From Massalongia carnosa (taxonomy: Eukaryota), in assembly GCA_965645245.1 (NCBI GenBank), contig OZ287080.1, positions 1,984,001 to 2,025,899 of the forward strand: a stretch of DNA of 41,899 bases. The letters run 5' to 3'. The position numbers were made by a program, and so were the translations under genes. Below the pieces are notes generated by a model. That model did no database searches, was not told the DNA's origin, and was given only the letters and a program-made list of their open reading frames with translations. Each line of letters opens with the position of its first letter. The first letter of the stretch is position 1. Positions 1 through 12,100 of this stretch are shown piece by piece.

Positions 1-1090
1 CCTTTTCGGCTGATACTCGGTAAAGGTAGCGGGGAAGTCAGGTGACAGTCTTTCTTTTAGCTTAGTTATAGATAGTTCTTTTCCTTTTGGAGAAAGCATG
101 CTCGTAGCAATAGCTACATCACATAGCATCAACACATACAGTTCACAGGCACGAGGCATCAGGCACGAGGCGCGAGGCTTACAGTGATCAGTCTAGCTAT
201 TGTTCTTATTCTATTGTTCTGTTCTTCTCTTGTTTGTTTGTTCTCTTGCACTCCTAGCAGTAGTGGACCACGCACACCACCCAGTTCCTCCTTCCACACT
301 GGGAGAAGGTCTCCCCGTTTCAATCGTCGAATTCGAAATGATGAAGAATTAGACTCGGCTCCCTTTCGAGCGCTAAATAAATTGATAAAAGGCGCTAAAT
401 ATGCCTTCGCAGACGCTACCTTGCTACGTATCACCAACAAAGAGCTTCTTCAGGCCAATGTACGGCGCCATCATCGAGCCAATCGTAGCGGGGCTCACTA
501 TGGAGGAAAGGCTCGAGTTCTAAGCCTTGAAGACGTTCAACAAAGACAGCAATGGGCCAAAGATAAACAAAAGATGAAAGACGAAAAAAAGAATGCCGCT
601 CAGCTAAAACGAGCTGAGCAGGACCTTATCAAAACTTTAAGGGAAATGTGTTGATTTCGACCTGATTTACTAGGACAAACATCTGCTGCATCTTCGACGA
701 AAAGTCCTCAGAAAAGTCCACAGAAAGCACCTGATAGTTCACAAAGTAAGCCTATTTGTTCTTTTCAAAGACGATTACTATTTCCTCCCGTGCTTCAACC
801 AATGACAGAAGAGGTAGAGGGGAAGAGGAGGTGAAGGTGAGTGGGGGGGTAGAGGTGAAGGTGGAGGTGGTGGAGGAGGTGAAGAAGGTTCAAACTACAA
901 GACGGGGTCGTATTGTACGTCAACCACGTAAAATGTGATTAAGTTGCATGCAGACAAAATATCAATTTCACGTCTAATAGACATTGAAGCAGAATTTGTA
1001 TGTAAAACGGGTGAGAGGGAGGCTGTAGAAATTAAGAGATATTTAGTTAGTCCCGTTGCCCAGTTTGTCCCGTTGCCCAGTGAGTTACGT
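1..1090 (+). mobile_element. 3' end of a pogo/Fot1-like DNA transposon (C-terminal transposase remnant 184-938 plus terminal repeat)
   Basis: Ends in TCCCGTTGCCCAG x2 then TGAGTTACGT followed by TA, a Fot1-like ACGT terminus. ORF 184-654 resembles the basic C-terminal tail of fungal pogo transposases. The other end lies outside the window. Confidence 0.6.
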
Positions 1091-1295
1091 TAGTAGGGGT
1101 TTACCCGAAGTCTGACCGATAATCTTCTGATTAGCATTGCCAGTCTTCCTACGCCGCGGAATGGGTTGGGTATTACCAAACCCAAAACCTAACCCAATGG
1201 GTTATGGTTTCGGTTGGGTTGGGTTATTAAAATGAGAACCCAACCCAAAGGGTTTTGGGTTGGGTTGAGTTATCGTTGGGTTACGCAACAGAAAA

Positions 1296-1370
1296 GGGTA
1301 CGGATATATGGACACCCTATCCGCTACCTAGAGTCTAGGTAGCGGATGGGGTGTCCATATATCAGTACTC
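1296..1370. mobile_element. 75-bp foldback MITE
   Basis: Near-perfect palindrome flanked by ACAGAAAA at 1288-1295 and 1371-1378; absent from the homologous site of hAT copy 2 (~35163). Confidence 0.85.
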
Positions 1371-2130
1371 ACAGAAAAAATATGCGAGTGTAAATGATGA
1401 CTACTAGCATGACTACCACAAAACACGAATGCAATATTTATCACATGAGTTAGGATTTTCAATCATTGTCGATTTATTTTAATAACTATCACAAAGTAAA
1501 ATGTAGATTATAGATAAAACATTTATTTCGTTGACGTCGAACTACCATAAAGACTATCACAAAGTCATATGCTATCTTCTATCGAATATCGAAGTATGTC
1601 GCCCATTCACCGCTTCCTATTCAAAACTCGTAAAGAAAGTCTCTCGCCATCTCTTCCTTTACTCTCTAACTTCTTGTCACCCCCACCCTCTCCAACCCCC
1701 CTCCTCTACCTCATCCTCCACAACACCCTCCTCCTCCTCCTCCTCCTCCTCCTCCTCCACCTCATCCACTATACCCTCTTCCTCCTCCTCCTTCTCTACC
1801 TCATCCACCACACCCTCCTCTATCATACCCTCCTTCACCTCCTCGCTAGATGGAAGCCTACCCCTTCTTGTGCGCGTTGCAATCCTCTTATTCCTATCGC
1901 GGTGCTCGGAAATGGAGTTTCTGTTATTGTAAGTTCGTTTCTTACTTTTCTGTAGAATAATTAGCTCAAGAAGACACGAAAGGAAGTGACTCGATACTTA
2001 CATCTCGCGCTGAGACCTGCTCAACCTGCGATGACCCGATCTGCGTTAACTGGTTCTTGTCATTGTTATCGTCTTCTTTATCACTAATGTAGACCTTCTG
2101 AAAAACCTGTGTTAGGTCTTCATGTCGCCT

Positions 2131-5100
2131 TTACATCTCATTAGTCAAATACTCAAGACTCATGCTTTCTTCTTCTTCCAAATCTACGTGTAAAGTTGAA
2201 TCTGCATTCTCCTTCTGATCGTAGAAACGAAGCATCATCATCGCGGAGAATGTATCCGGATGAAAATTCTTGCGATGATCGTAAAGGGCTCCCGCAACGC
2301 TAAAAACGCGCTCACATTCAACGCCAGCGGCTGGTACAGCAAGGATGTCCCTGGCAACCATACTCATTTGTGGAAATTCCGGCTCGAGATCTTTCCACTG
2401 TTGTAGAATAGGACCCGAACGATCATGCATCGCTGTGTATTGTAAATAAGTTGAACACAATGACAAAAGACCTGATTTATTGTATCAATTAACCTACCTC
2501 GCTGACGATAGCATTTGAACTCGTTATCTAGAGCGAGCGGAGTAGCATTATTCGTACTCAGAAGAAGATCCAGATTATTCAAGTCTCGAATGACCGCGAC
2601 ATTACGCCCGCGTACTTGTGAGGTTTAAGAGTTCTCGTAGATATCGAATTCCGCTTCCAGAGATTGCCAATATTGATCTTCCCATCGACTTTTCCCATAG
2701 GGCGCATCCAAATTGGGACCCTTGAAAACTAGGTCCTTCTTATTGGGAGATAGCAATGCCGCCTTTCCATATAGATAACCTAATGACCCCTGAGTTTTAG
2801 AATAGTATTGACGTAATTTCGTTGCAGCCGCCTCGATGCCATTCAATAGCGCACGTTTCCACGATACTCGCTTACGAGATAATCTTGCGCGAACTTGATC
2901 CAGATGATCGAACAGCTTATTGTAGATCTCGAACACCTGATGAAGTGTCGGTTGCTTTGATTGACCAATCATCTTTGTAAAGACGCAGCATAACTTCGTT
3001 AAATCGATAAGATATTCTATCTGTGACTATTCCACGTCGAGCAATCTCAAATACTCGGCTTCATTTTTATCATGATATCTATTCAGCGCTTGTCGCAACT
3101 TGAGCGCTCGAATTAACATGTGACATGTGGAGTCCCATCGAGTATTTACATCTTGAAAAAGCTTAAGTGCTGTACCGCTGAACGAGTTTCCAGTGCGTTT
3201 CTCTTCGTCATTCAATTCTCGTTGATCAGCGCAGAAGTTTTCCTTACGTAAATTGCTACTGTTAATTTAAACAGCTAATGCTCGAACCTAATCGAAATTT
3301 AGAACGACTACCACAACGACTACCACAAAATAAATCTTGCCTTAGATAGCGTAAGGGGAACTCCAGGTGTCGGCTTTTCGAAATCCCGTCTATCTTGCTT
3401 ATCATCCCAGCTAGTTTTGAAATCGGCATTTTTGGGATTAATGTGAATACACCCAAGTAGCTGTTTCACGGCAAGTTGAATTACATGCGATAAACAAGGC
3501 GCTCGCTGTATATCATTAGCATCAGTGTGTAGAAGTGCCAAGGCTCGATTGCTTAGTATCATTCGTCGCAACGCATCTACCATCGTTGGGTTATTAGATG
3601 CACTGTCCGTGGTTAATGCCAAAACACGATCTTTAATAAAATGTCTAATTAAAACGCTGTTTAATACTTCAGCAAGTTTTATTCCCGTGTGTGAGCCTTC
3701 AACGTGTTCGAAGGCAAGAAGCACTTCGTGATAAGTCCATTTATCGTCAATGAAGTAAGCATTGATGGCCAGATAACCTTGACGATTAAATGACGATCAA
3801 CAATCCAAAGCCAGAGAGACCTTTGAACTAACCCTAGGTAGATCCTCGAGCAAAAGCGGAATAATCTCTTGACTTTGGGTCATCAAGCGATTCTTGATTG
3901 TCGATGGTAAAGGAAACTGTATATTATCGGGCAGACAGTTGAACGCTCTTTGCAATTCGACATTGGCGACACTTCGTAACGGTAGCCCAAGAGCAACAAT
4001 CATACGAAGCAATTGAGGCGTGAAATCATCCTTTTTTAGTCTACGCCCGTTGAGAGTTAAGGCCTCTTGTCTTTATACTTCAAACTAATATTGATTAGCA
4101 AAGCACGTAATGTGGTAGTCATTGTGGTAGTCATACTTCGGCACGATATCCAACCTTTAAGGAAAGTTGCTGTTAAATAAACAGTTGAGGGCATAATGTT
4201 GAAATTACTACGGAGGTGACTACTTATAGCAGTCATGGCAGCCTGCAGGGCTGAGCTAGATCTAATGGGGCTAAGCGAGTATTCCAACACTCCCCTTCGA
4301 GCGTGGCTCCCCTTTCGCCTCCAAAATTGAAACTATCCAGCTTTTATCATTCCCCTTGCGAAGTGATTCATCCAGCTGTGTCCGATTCGCTCCCCTTGCG
4401 GAACGAATCTAGCTCCCTCTGACTCCATTTTCCCTAAGCACGTAGTTCTTTCTTATGTCTTTTGTTGTCCTGCTTTGTAGCCTCATTAAACCCATAACCA
4501 TCTCTTGAAACGTAGCTTTTGTGAGAGTATGGGTGTATGGGAAGAGTACTATGGACGTGTTTTGTTGATGGCCTGAGCAGGGCTTTTCTCGATGTCTCTG
4601 TGAGACATTTTCCCGCAGACCATTGACGTTGGTGGCCTGATAGCAGGGCTTTTATCTCCCCTTGCTGATCTGACCAGTAATGCAAGATGTGAAGTCTTCG
4701 AGGCACCGCCCGCTGTAGATGTCCTCCTCAGCACGTTTCGTACGTACACCACTTTCGATGACGTTTCCGCTTCGTTTCCGCTTCGTTTCTCATCCCTTTC
4801 GATGTCGTTTCCGCTTCGTTTTCGCGCTTTCCACGTCTGAACTTTCACCTCATCATCTTCTAGAAACGACATGATAGTACGTAGTCTATGCATGAAGGAT
4901 GCCGTCGGAGGGGCGCAAAGCACAACCCCGGGACTCATAACCTGTTAAATAAACAGTTGACGGCATAATGTTGAAATTACTACGGAGGTGACTACTTATA
5001 GCAGTCATGGCAGCCTGCAGGGCTGAGCTAGATCTAATGGGGCTAAGCGAGTATTCCAACAGTTGCTTCATTCCTTTCAATATCCACGTCTTTTTACAGG

Positions 5101-5441
5101 ACTCGGAATTTATGTGATTGGTCATGCAGTTATTTCCGGAGCCCAGTGAGGGATGATTCAAGACCAGGGAGCATCGCGAGCAGATTATTTTGGGATTACC
5201 ATCGCCCACAGTGGCGCCTTCCTGAAATCTTTCCATTCCGCCGCCTTTCTTTTGGTCGATCCCAGTCGATCTTCTTCATCGCATTTCTACTCTTCTCTTC
5301 ATTAGCAAAATGCCATCTCGTACTTCGCCACCATTCCATAAACTCCTCGCTCTTCTCGGCCACATATGCGTAGCATCTGATGTGTTTGTCCACAACTTGA
5401 AGATCGTATATCTCTGAATCTATCATCTGCGAGCTGCTCAT
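2131..5441 (-). pseudogene. hAT transposase, fragmented (introns, stops, TRIM insertion)
   Basis: Fragments show SLALDC, LTTDSASNN, PCLSHVIQLAV, DVNTRWDST and the C-terminal dimerisation motif LAVPAAGVECERVFS. A BED-like C-x2-C...H is present in 4886-5236. Confidence 0.9.
4171..5061 (-). mobile_element. Non-autonomous copia-derived LTR element (TRIM-like)
   Basis: 119-bp TG...CA LTRs at 4171-4289 and 4943-5061; TSD GTTGC; minus-strand PBS GGTTATGAGTCC next to the 5' LTR; PPT AAGGGGAG next to the 3' LTR. Confidence 0.9.
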
Positions 5442-5960
5442 TGTTGCGAATGACGAGGATTGTATATACAGGAATGTATATATAGGATATAGCAGTAGGA
5501 ATATAGCTGTAGGAATGTAACTTCATTGACTAGATTATCCTGCGATAAAGCATTAATAACTACGTTTACGTTCTAAAAACTCAGTCAAATCCAACGCATG
5601 CTTACATATTCCACCTAAACTAGCCAACCCAACCTAATACTGAACCTAACCATACCCAACCTAACCTAGTTGCCACGCGCGTCCACTGATAACCTGTCTG
5701 CTTGCCTGTTTGCTTTTAGATATGGTACCGAAGACTCCGCGCAAGCGTAAGCGCAAACCTGCGCGAATTCCAAACCGAACACTCGACAGAATACCCGGAC
5801 CAGTTGCCAGAACTGGTGCGATAAGAAAACCAACAACCAGGAAGAGTATTCCTGGTGGTAAGTAGATGGTATAGTTGAGAATACATAAGATACTAACGCC
5901 GATCGCCACGTTGGTAAGTTAAGGTCCATTACTAAGCATTTGATTTGGGTAACCCAATGA

Positions 5961-6673
5961 TTGCCTCAGTACATCAGACGTGCCCGGCTAAGCCCCTTCG
6001 GGTTAGCCTTGCAGAACGTTAAGCCCCTTCGGGTTAGCCTTGCAGAACGTTAAGCCCCTTCGGGTTAACAGGCTGACAACGCAGCACATCTGTAGCAAGT
6101 CTGAGCCCAAAACTCAAGATTACGGTCAGATATGACTTAACGATCATGACAAGAACGAATTCGACCTTATAGAACATCGTCACAACTTCATTATTTTCAG
6201 GTTTGTAACGTCGTCGTCGCTTGATATGATCATGATCAATGTATTTTTGAATTTTTCGTTATAAATTTCAATCTTTATTTATGTTTATAACATTCAGAGC
6301 AATTTTACTTACATCTTGTTATTTTCGTTAAGTCGATGCTTGATTTCTATGCGAAGTACAATCAGATTGCCCCACATGAACTTTACAACGAAAAGGAATT
6401 TCAGGAAACTTTCTGTATAAATTCTACTTGAATTCTTTCTAAGAAATAGCCCGTGTCAAGCTAAAAAGCAAGAAGTCAAAATGTCGAAAAATCGCAATTA
6501 TATACGATTTATTACGAATATCTGACCGTAATATACAGTTTTGCGCTCAGACGGGTTATCACAGCCACGTTAGTCAGCTGGGACGCTAATCCGAAGGAGC
6601 TTAGCGAAATAGGCTAACCCGGAGGGGCTTAGACGGCTCCTAGAGCCCACGCACGTCTGAGGTACTGAGGCAA
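5961..6673. mobile_element. Non-autonomous hAT-type MITE
   Basis: TIR TTGCCTCAGTAC(A/C)TCAGACGTGC; 8-bp TSD CCCAATGA (5953-5960, 6674-6681); 31-bp subterminal tandem repeats at ~5990-6067; no ORF. Confidence 0.88.
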
Positions 6674-6878
6674 CCCAATGAAAACCCAACCCGAACCCAA
6701 CCCGAACCAAACCCATCCTATTCCGCGGCGTAAGTCTTCCTTATCGAATTTGGCTGCAGTATCTTCAGAGCACTAATAATTGCAAGCAACGGCCGAATTA
6801 GTGGTTTAAACAATTGAAGCTATAGAAAGTTTTGGTGCTTAGGCCCCTTTCGCTAGGGCGGCTCAGTGCTATATTATA

Positions 6879-8214
6879 CAGTACTAGGTCAAAGTTTCCG
6901 ACAGCCCCCCATCAACTTTTTACCCCCCCAATGCTTTGAATTATCAACCACCAAGTTTTTATTTTGATGCCTTGAAACTTCGTACGATGATTACATACAT
7001 TCTAGCAACGAGTTTGGGCTGAGAAAGATATTTTTAATATGTCGTATACCATCCTTTCGATTGGATACAAGCTTCAATCCTCCTTTCCATGCTCACTATT
7101 AAACTTCTCAATATTTCCTCATATATCAAGGCCCATGCTTCTTCCAACGGTTTCCAAAGTACCTCGCGGACCTTATCATCACTACCAGTCACCGAATCGA
7201 TATCCGGATTGACTTGATAAACGAGCTGTTTGAGCACATACCAAACGTGCTCGATTGGATTCCAAATAGGAGAATAAGGAGGACAATCGATGATTATTAT
7301 ACCGTTTTCATCGAACCATTTCTTCACCTTTTTGGCGGTATGAATCAGTGCATTATCCTGCATGAAAATGAGGCCCGGTTCCCAAATTCCAAGCAGATTA
7401 TCGTTCAATAATTCCAAATATGAATTCGCGGAGTACCCCATCTTCTTTGCTTCGAAATCGCGGGCCAATTTGTAAAGATCTAACCTTTCTCTCCTCCAAA
7501 AAGCCCCCCATACCATAACCTTGACCTCCTTGCCTTTGGCGTACGGTTGTACCATAGCTTTTTTCCATTTTTCCTCCGGAAATCTGAACATCCATTGACG
7601 CTGTTTTCCTGACCCCTTTTCCACCGAACACTCGTCTGACCATATAATTTTTTACTATTGCTCAGAAGTCCACTCACGCCGAAGCAAGCACCATCCCAAT
7701 CTCCACTTTGCCACCTCGGGCGTAATAAAGGCCGCTTTTTAGCCAGCCAGTTTGTTAGACCGTAGTCTTTGAGCGTCCGATAGAGAGTGGATCGACTGCA
7801 TTGCATCCTGACCTCCGTACGCAGCTGCGTATAGGTGATACGTGGATTGATTCGTGCAAATTTGATTGTACGTCTTCTATCGCGATCCGAAAATATTCCA
7901 GGCCGACCCGATCGCGATTTGGACTTTTCGTTGTTGCGTTCTGGGTGCTTTTGAAGAGTGTAAATGACGGTGGTTCGAGGCACATTTAATGTCTTTGCAA
8001 TTTCGGCAGGTGCATGCCCCAACGCCTGGGCTCCAATAATCATTCATCTTTGACATTGATTCAATTCGGTATTACGAGGCTTATTACCAGAAATTGAAGC
8101 CAACGGAGTGCGCGGCATGGTGAAATGATGAGGTCAAAGTTGATTGGTTGGAGGGGTTGAAACGCGAAATCACGAAAATATCGGATAGAGTCGGAAACTT
8201 TTGACATGGGACTG
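6879..8214 (-). mobile_element. Tc1/mariner (DD34E) DNA transposon
   Basis: TA-flanked imperfect TIRs CAGT...GTCAAA(A)GTTTCCGAC at both ends. Confidence 0.9.
7034..8118 (-). pseudogene. Tc1-type transposase with premature stop and frameshift
   Basis: N-terminal HTH with RSGRP, VMVWG, and QDNA...NPIE with D-34-E spacing. Split across ORFs 7480-8043 and 7034-7624. Confidence 0.9.
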
Positions 8215-8808
8215 TACATGATGTAGTATATAAAGCAGTCAATCTCGCTTTCTAGGAGGTCTCACTATCCTCCCAGAAGCCGTTTAGACAGGCAATACCC
8301 TCACAGCGTCCTTGATTTTATGTATTCCCTCACTTCGGGCCTTGACTGACGTCCTGCCTCCTTTACCTCTCGTCCCTTTATCCCTAACATCCTGTACCTC
8401 AGTCTGTATAGCGAACTCCGGATCCTCATTCTCAAAGCAAGGCTCTGGCGGAGCAAGTGTTGAAGGGTCTTAATCGATGGAAATTGGCTAGAAAGCCTGT
8501 GCCCTCTTATTTGTCTTGTTTTTCAGACTTTGAGGTTTGGGCTCTGCAATGAGGCTCCACACAGATTTCCAGGCCTCCCAGAACTCCTTCTCTTGTTTAT
8601 CTGCACGCTTCTTCTGCTCCTCTGTGTGCTTCTTTATCTCGCGTTCTTCGAGGACGTCATGATTCATTATACGTCCTTTACTGAGCTGTTGATTTGAACG
8701 TTTGGCCTTCTCCTTTTTACACTGTTGATTCTCCAACAATTCAGTCTTTGTAGTCTCTAGTAACACCTTCTCGACGTACACTTTTGATCCAGCCTTGCCG
8801 AGCTTTAT

Positions 8809-9080
8809 TGTCACGGTAGGAGTCCAATGATCCTATCCATGTGGTGGAACAGTGTTACGCTATCGACTATACTACATGATAATCTGACGAAACGAACACA
8901 AGGAGGAAAACAGTAACAGCTAGCAGAGATTTCCTTTAACTCCTGAAAAGGGACACTAAACCCAACTCGGTAAGCTCGCAGTCTAACCACAACGATCATC
9001 CGCCGGCGCTAAACCTTAAAGTCCATCTAGGGCAGCCGTCTGTTCAATGAACCTCCACGTCTCATGTTCACACCATGACA
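8809..9080 (-). repeat. 3' LTR of Gypsy element
   Basis: TGTCAC...ATGACA, matching 14442-14713. Confidence 0.95.
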
Positions 9081-9139
9081 GTAGCTCCCCCCTTCGAGGC
9101 CTGAGACCACGCAGGCTTATAGTGCCTAGTCGGTGTGAA

Positions 9140-12100
9140 TCAGCGAGGCTTGTCAGGGTAGCGTTTATGGAATTCCTGTACTCGTTCGAGAGCGTTGGTG
9201 ACGTACTCCGCGTACTCCCAGGTAGGGTCGTTCCAGCCTATCCACTGGACCAGATACTTCAGACGATTGCGTATCTTCTTCGAGTCTAAAATCTCTTCGA
9301 CTTCGTATTCTTCAGTTTCATCAACTAGCACGGGTGGTGGAGGGGGAGCGATATGACCAGGGTGAGGATCTTGTGGCACAGGAGTCAAGAGCGAGACATG
9401 GAACACTGGATGGATCTTCATGCCTGGTGGCAGGGCCAGCTGGTATGCGTATTTGCTGACGACCTTGGAGATGACAAATGGACCCAGATTCTTCCAATCG
9501 AACTTTCGGGCAGGTCTCTGAGTGCGTATGTTCTTAGCATTTAGCCATATCCTATCTCCTACTTGATAAACCGGGGCAGGGACTCTGTGTCTATTAGCAT
9601 CGAACTCGTACCTTGCCTGAGCAAACTTCATCTCTTCCTGCAGTACGTCATTGATTTGCTGCATCTTGTTGGCAAAACCTTCTGCATTCAGACTGGCGGG
9701 CGACCGGGAAGGTTCTATTGATTCAAATCCCATTCGAGGATGAAATCCCGTCTCCGCGAAGAAGGGGCTACACCCAGTGGTTTCCGAGGTCATGTTGTTT
9801 CCCGTGAATTCTGCCAGCGGTAACCAGTCTACCCAGTCGTCCTGCAAGTAGTCGGTATATATACGGATGTACTGCTCCATTGAAGAATTTACTCTTTCAG
9901 TCTGCCCGTCGGTTTCGGGGTGAAATGCAGTGGACAAGAGACTCTTTATTCCCAGACGTTGACATAAGATTTTCCAAAATTCTGCGACGAAAAGCACTCC
10001 ACGATCGGATACAATGGTCTGAGGCAATCCATGTAGCCTCCAAATATCCTTTAGAAACAGCCTCGCGAGGCCCTCAACGTCTAGATTAGTATGACAAGGC
10101 AGGAAGTGACGTCGCTTTGACAGACGATCCACAACAACTAGTACAGCGTCGAATCCTTGACTAACAGGGAGACCAGTAACAAAGTCCATGGAGATGTCCT
10201 GCCAGCGTTGCTCAGGTACGGGTAATGGTCGAAGCACTCCCATCTTTCCTTGACGAGAAGACTTGCTTCGAGAGCACACCTGACAATGTTTCACATACTT
10301 CGCTATGAACTGATAGAACTGAGGCCAATAGTAATGTCGCTGAACTAGATCGAAGGTTTTTGCTCTTCCTGGATGTCCGGCTACGGGACTGTCGTGCATT
10401 TCTCTGCAAAGTCTCATTCTCAGTGCATGCGAGTCTGGAACATATATCTTTTCTCGATAGTGTAGTCGTCCCTGAATTTCTTTGCATTCTGCCAAAGAGA
10501 TTTCCTTAGAATGACTGACCTTATTCCGCAGGAGTTCGAGAATCTTGCTCGGAAAAGGATCATTCTCCAGACCCTCTTTCCAGAGTTCTTCCAGAGTCTT
10601 TTCGACTTCTTCTCGCTCGGTTTGACGATCGTCCGCTTGGCTAGGAATGTTTAAATCATTGCTCAGAAGTTCTAAATTTCGAGGTTTCAAGACCACTTGA
10701 TGCTGAACTTTCAATCGTGGATCATCCTCCCCTTCAGGTAGGTCTTGAGACCTTCTGGTCAATGCATCAGGTTTTCCTCCGCTCTTGCCTGGACGATACA
10801 CTATCTTGAAGTCGAAACGAGAAAGATATTCCGACCAACGGGCCTGGCGACGACTCAACTGCTTGGTTGTCATGAAGTACTCTAAGTTCTTATGATCAGA
10901 AATTACTTGTATGGGAAAAGCAGCTCCTTCAAGCTCGGCTCTCCATTCTTCAAAAGCACGAACAATGGCCATGAGTTCCTTGTCATAGATTTCGTAGTTA
11001 ATCTCCGCTGGTGAGTGTTTTTTGGAGAAGAAGGCCACCGGCCTAAGCGTTCCCTCGTCGTCATATTGCGAGAGTACTCCTCCTACTACCCAGTCCGAAG
11101 CGTCGACTTCCACTACTATTTTCTTTTCAGGATCGAAATGCATTAATACTGTATCGCTAAGAAAGGCGTCCTTCAAGGCTTGAAAGGCCTTCTCGCATTT
11201 TTCATCCCAGGCAAAGATTATATTCTTTTTGGTTAACTTGATCAGGGGCGAGGCGATTTCGGAAAACCCTCGAACAAAACGGCGGTAGAAGTTCGCAAAA
11301 CCCACAAAAGCTTGTATATCTCGAACGTTCTTTGGTGAAAGCCATTCCTTAATTGCTGCGACTTTCTGAGGGTCCATTCGAATACCTTTATCCGAAATGA
11401 TTAGGCCTAGGTACGTGGTCTCGGTGACGAAGAACTCGCATTTCTCAATATCCAGTTGTAGTCCTGCTTCTCGAAGGGCCTCCAAGACTTTCCTGACATG
11501 AACCTTATGTTCCTTCACTGATCGGCTGTATATCAGAATGTCATCGATGTACGCGGTGCAGAAGACGTCCAGAAATTCCCGAAGAATATCGTTGATATAA
11601 TGCTGAAAGGAGCCTGGGCCCCCGCAAAGTCCAAAAGGCATTACTTCGTACTCGTACAATCCATATCGAGTTTTGAATGCCGTCATCCATTCTTGTCCTT
11701 TTTGCATGCGAAGCTTGTTAAAGGCCGCTACAATGTCGAATTTGGAAAAGATGACGGCCTTCGCCAGTCGGTCTAGAGTTTCCTGAATCAGGGGCAAGGG
11801 ATAGCGATTTTTAACAGTGATCGCATTCAGGGCTCGATAATCAACACAGAGGCGAAGCCCTCCTGAAGGTTTACGAGCAAACAACACCGGCGAGGAGGCT
11901 GGAGACGAACTCGCACGAATAAACCCTTTAGCGAGGTTTTCCTTGAGATATTTCTGCAAAACTAGTAATTCTGGTGCTGACATCTTGTACAAGGGACCTG
12001 AGGGCGGAACGGCCCCTTCGGTTAACACAATCTTATGGTCGTAAGGGCGATGTGGAGGTAGCTTGTCTGCCTCTGTCTTGGAGAAGACATCCAGTAAGTC

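Larger units (their letters stand above)
1150..6732 (-). mobile_element. hAT DNA transposon (copy 1)
   Basis: TIRs TACGCCGCGGAAT at both ends; 8-bp TSD AGTCTTCC at 1142-1149 and 6733-6740; AACCC-rich subterminal repeats. Confidence 0.93.

Noticed and set aside
1531..1955. Poly-Ser and poly-Leu ORFs (also 35324-35686)
   Set aside because: Antisense readings of a (CCT)n low-complexity tract inside the hAT element.
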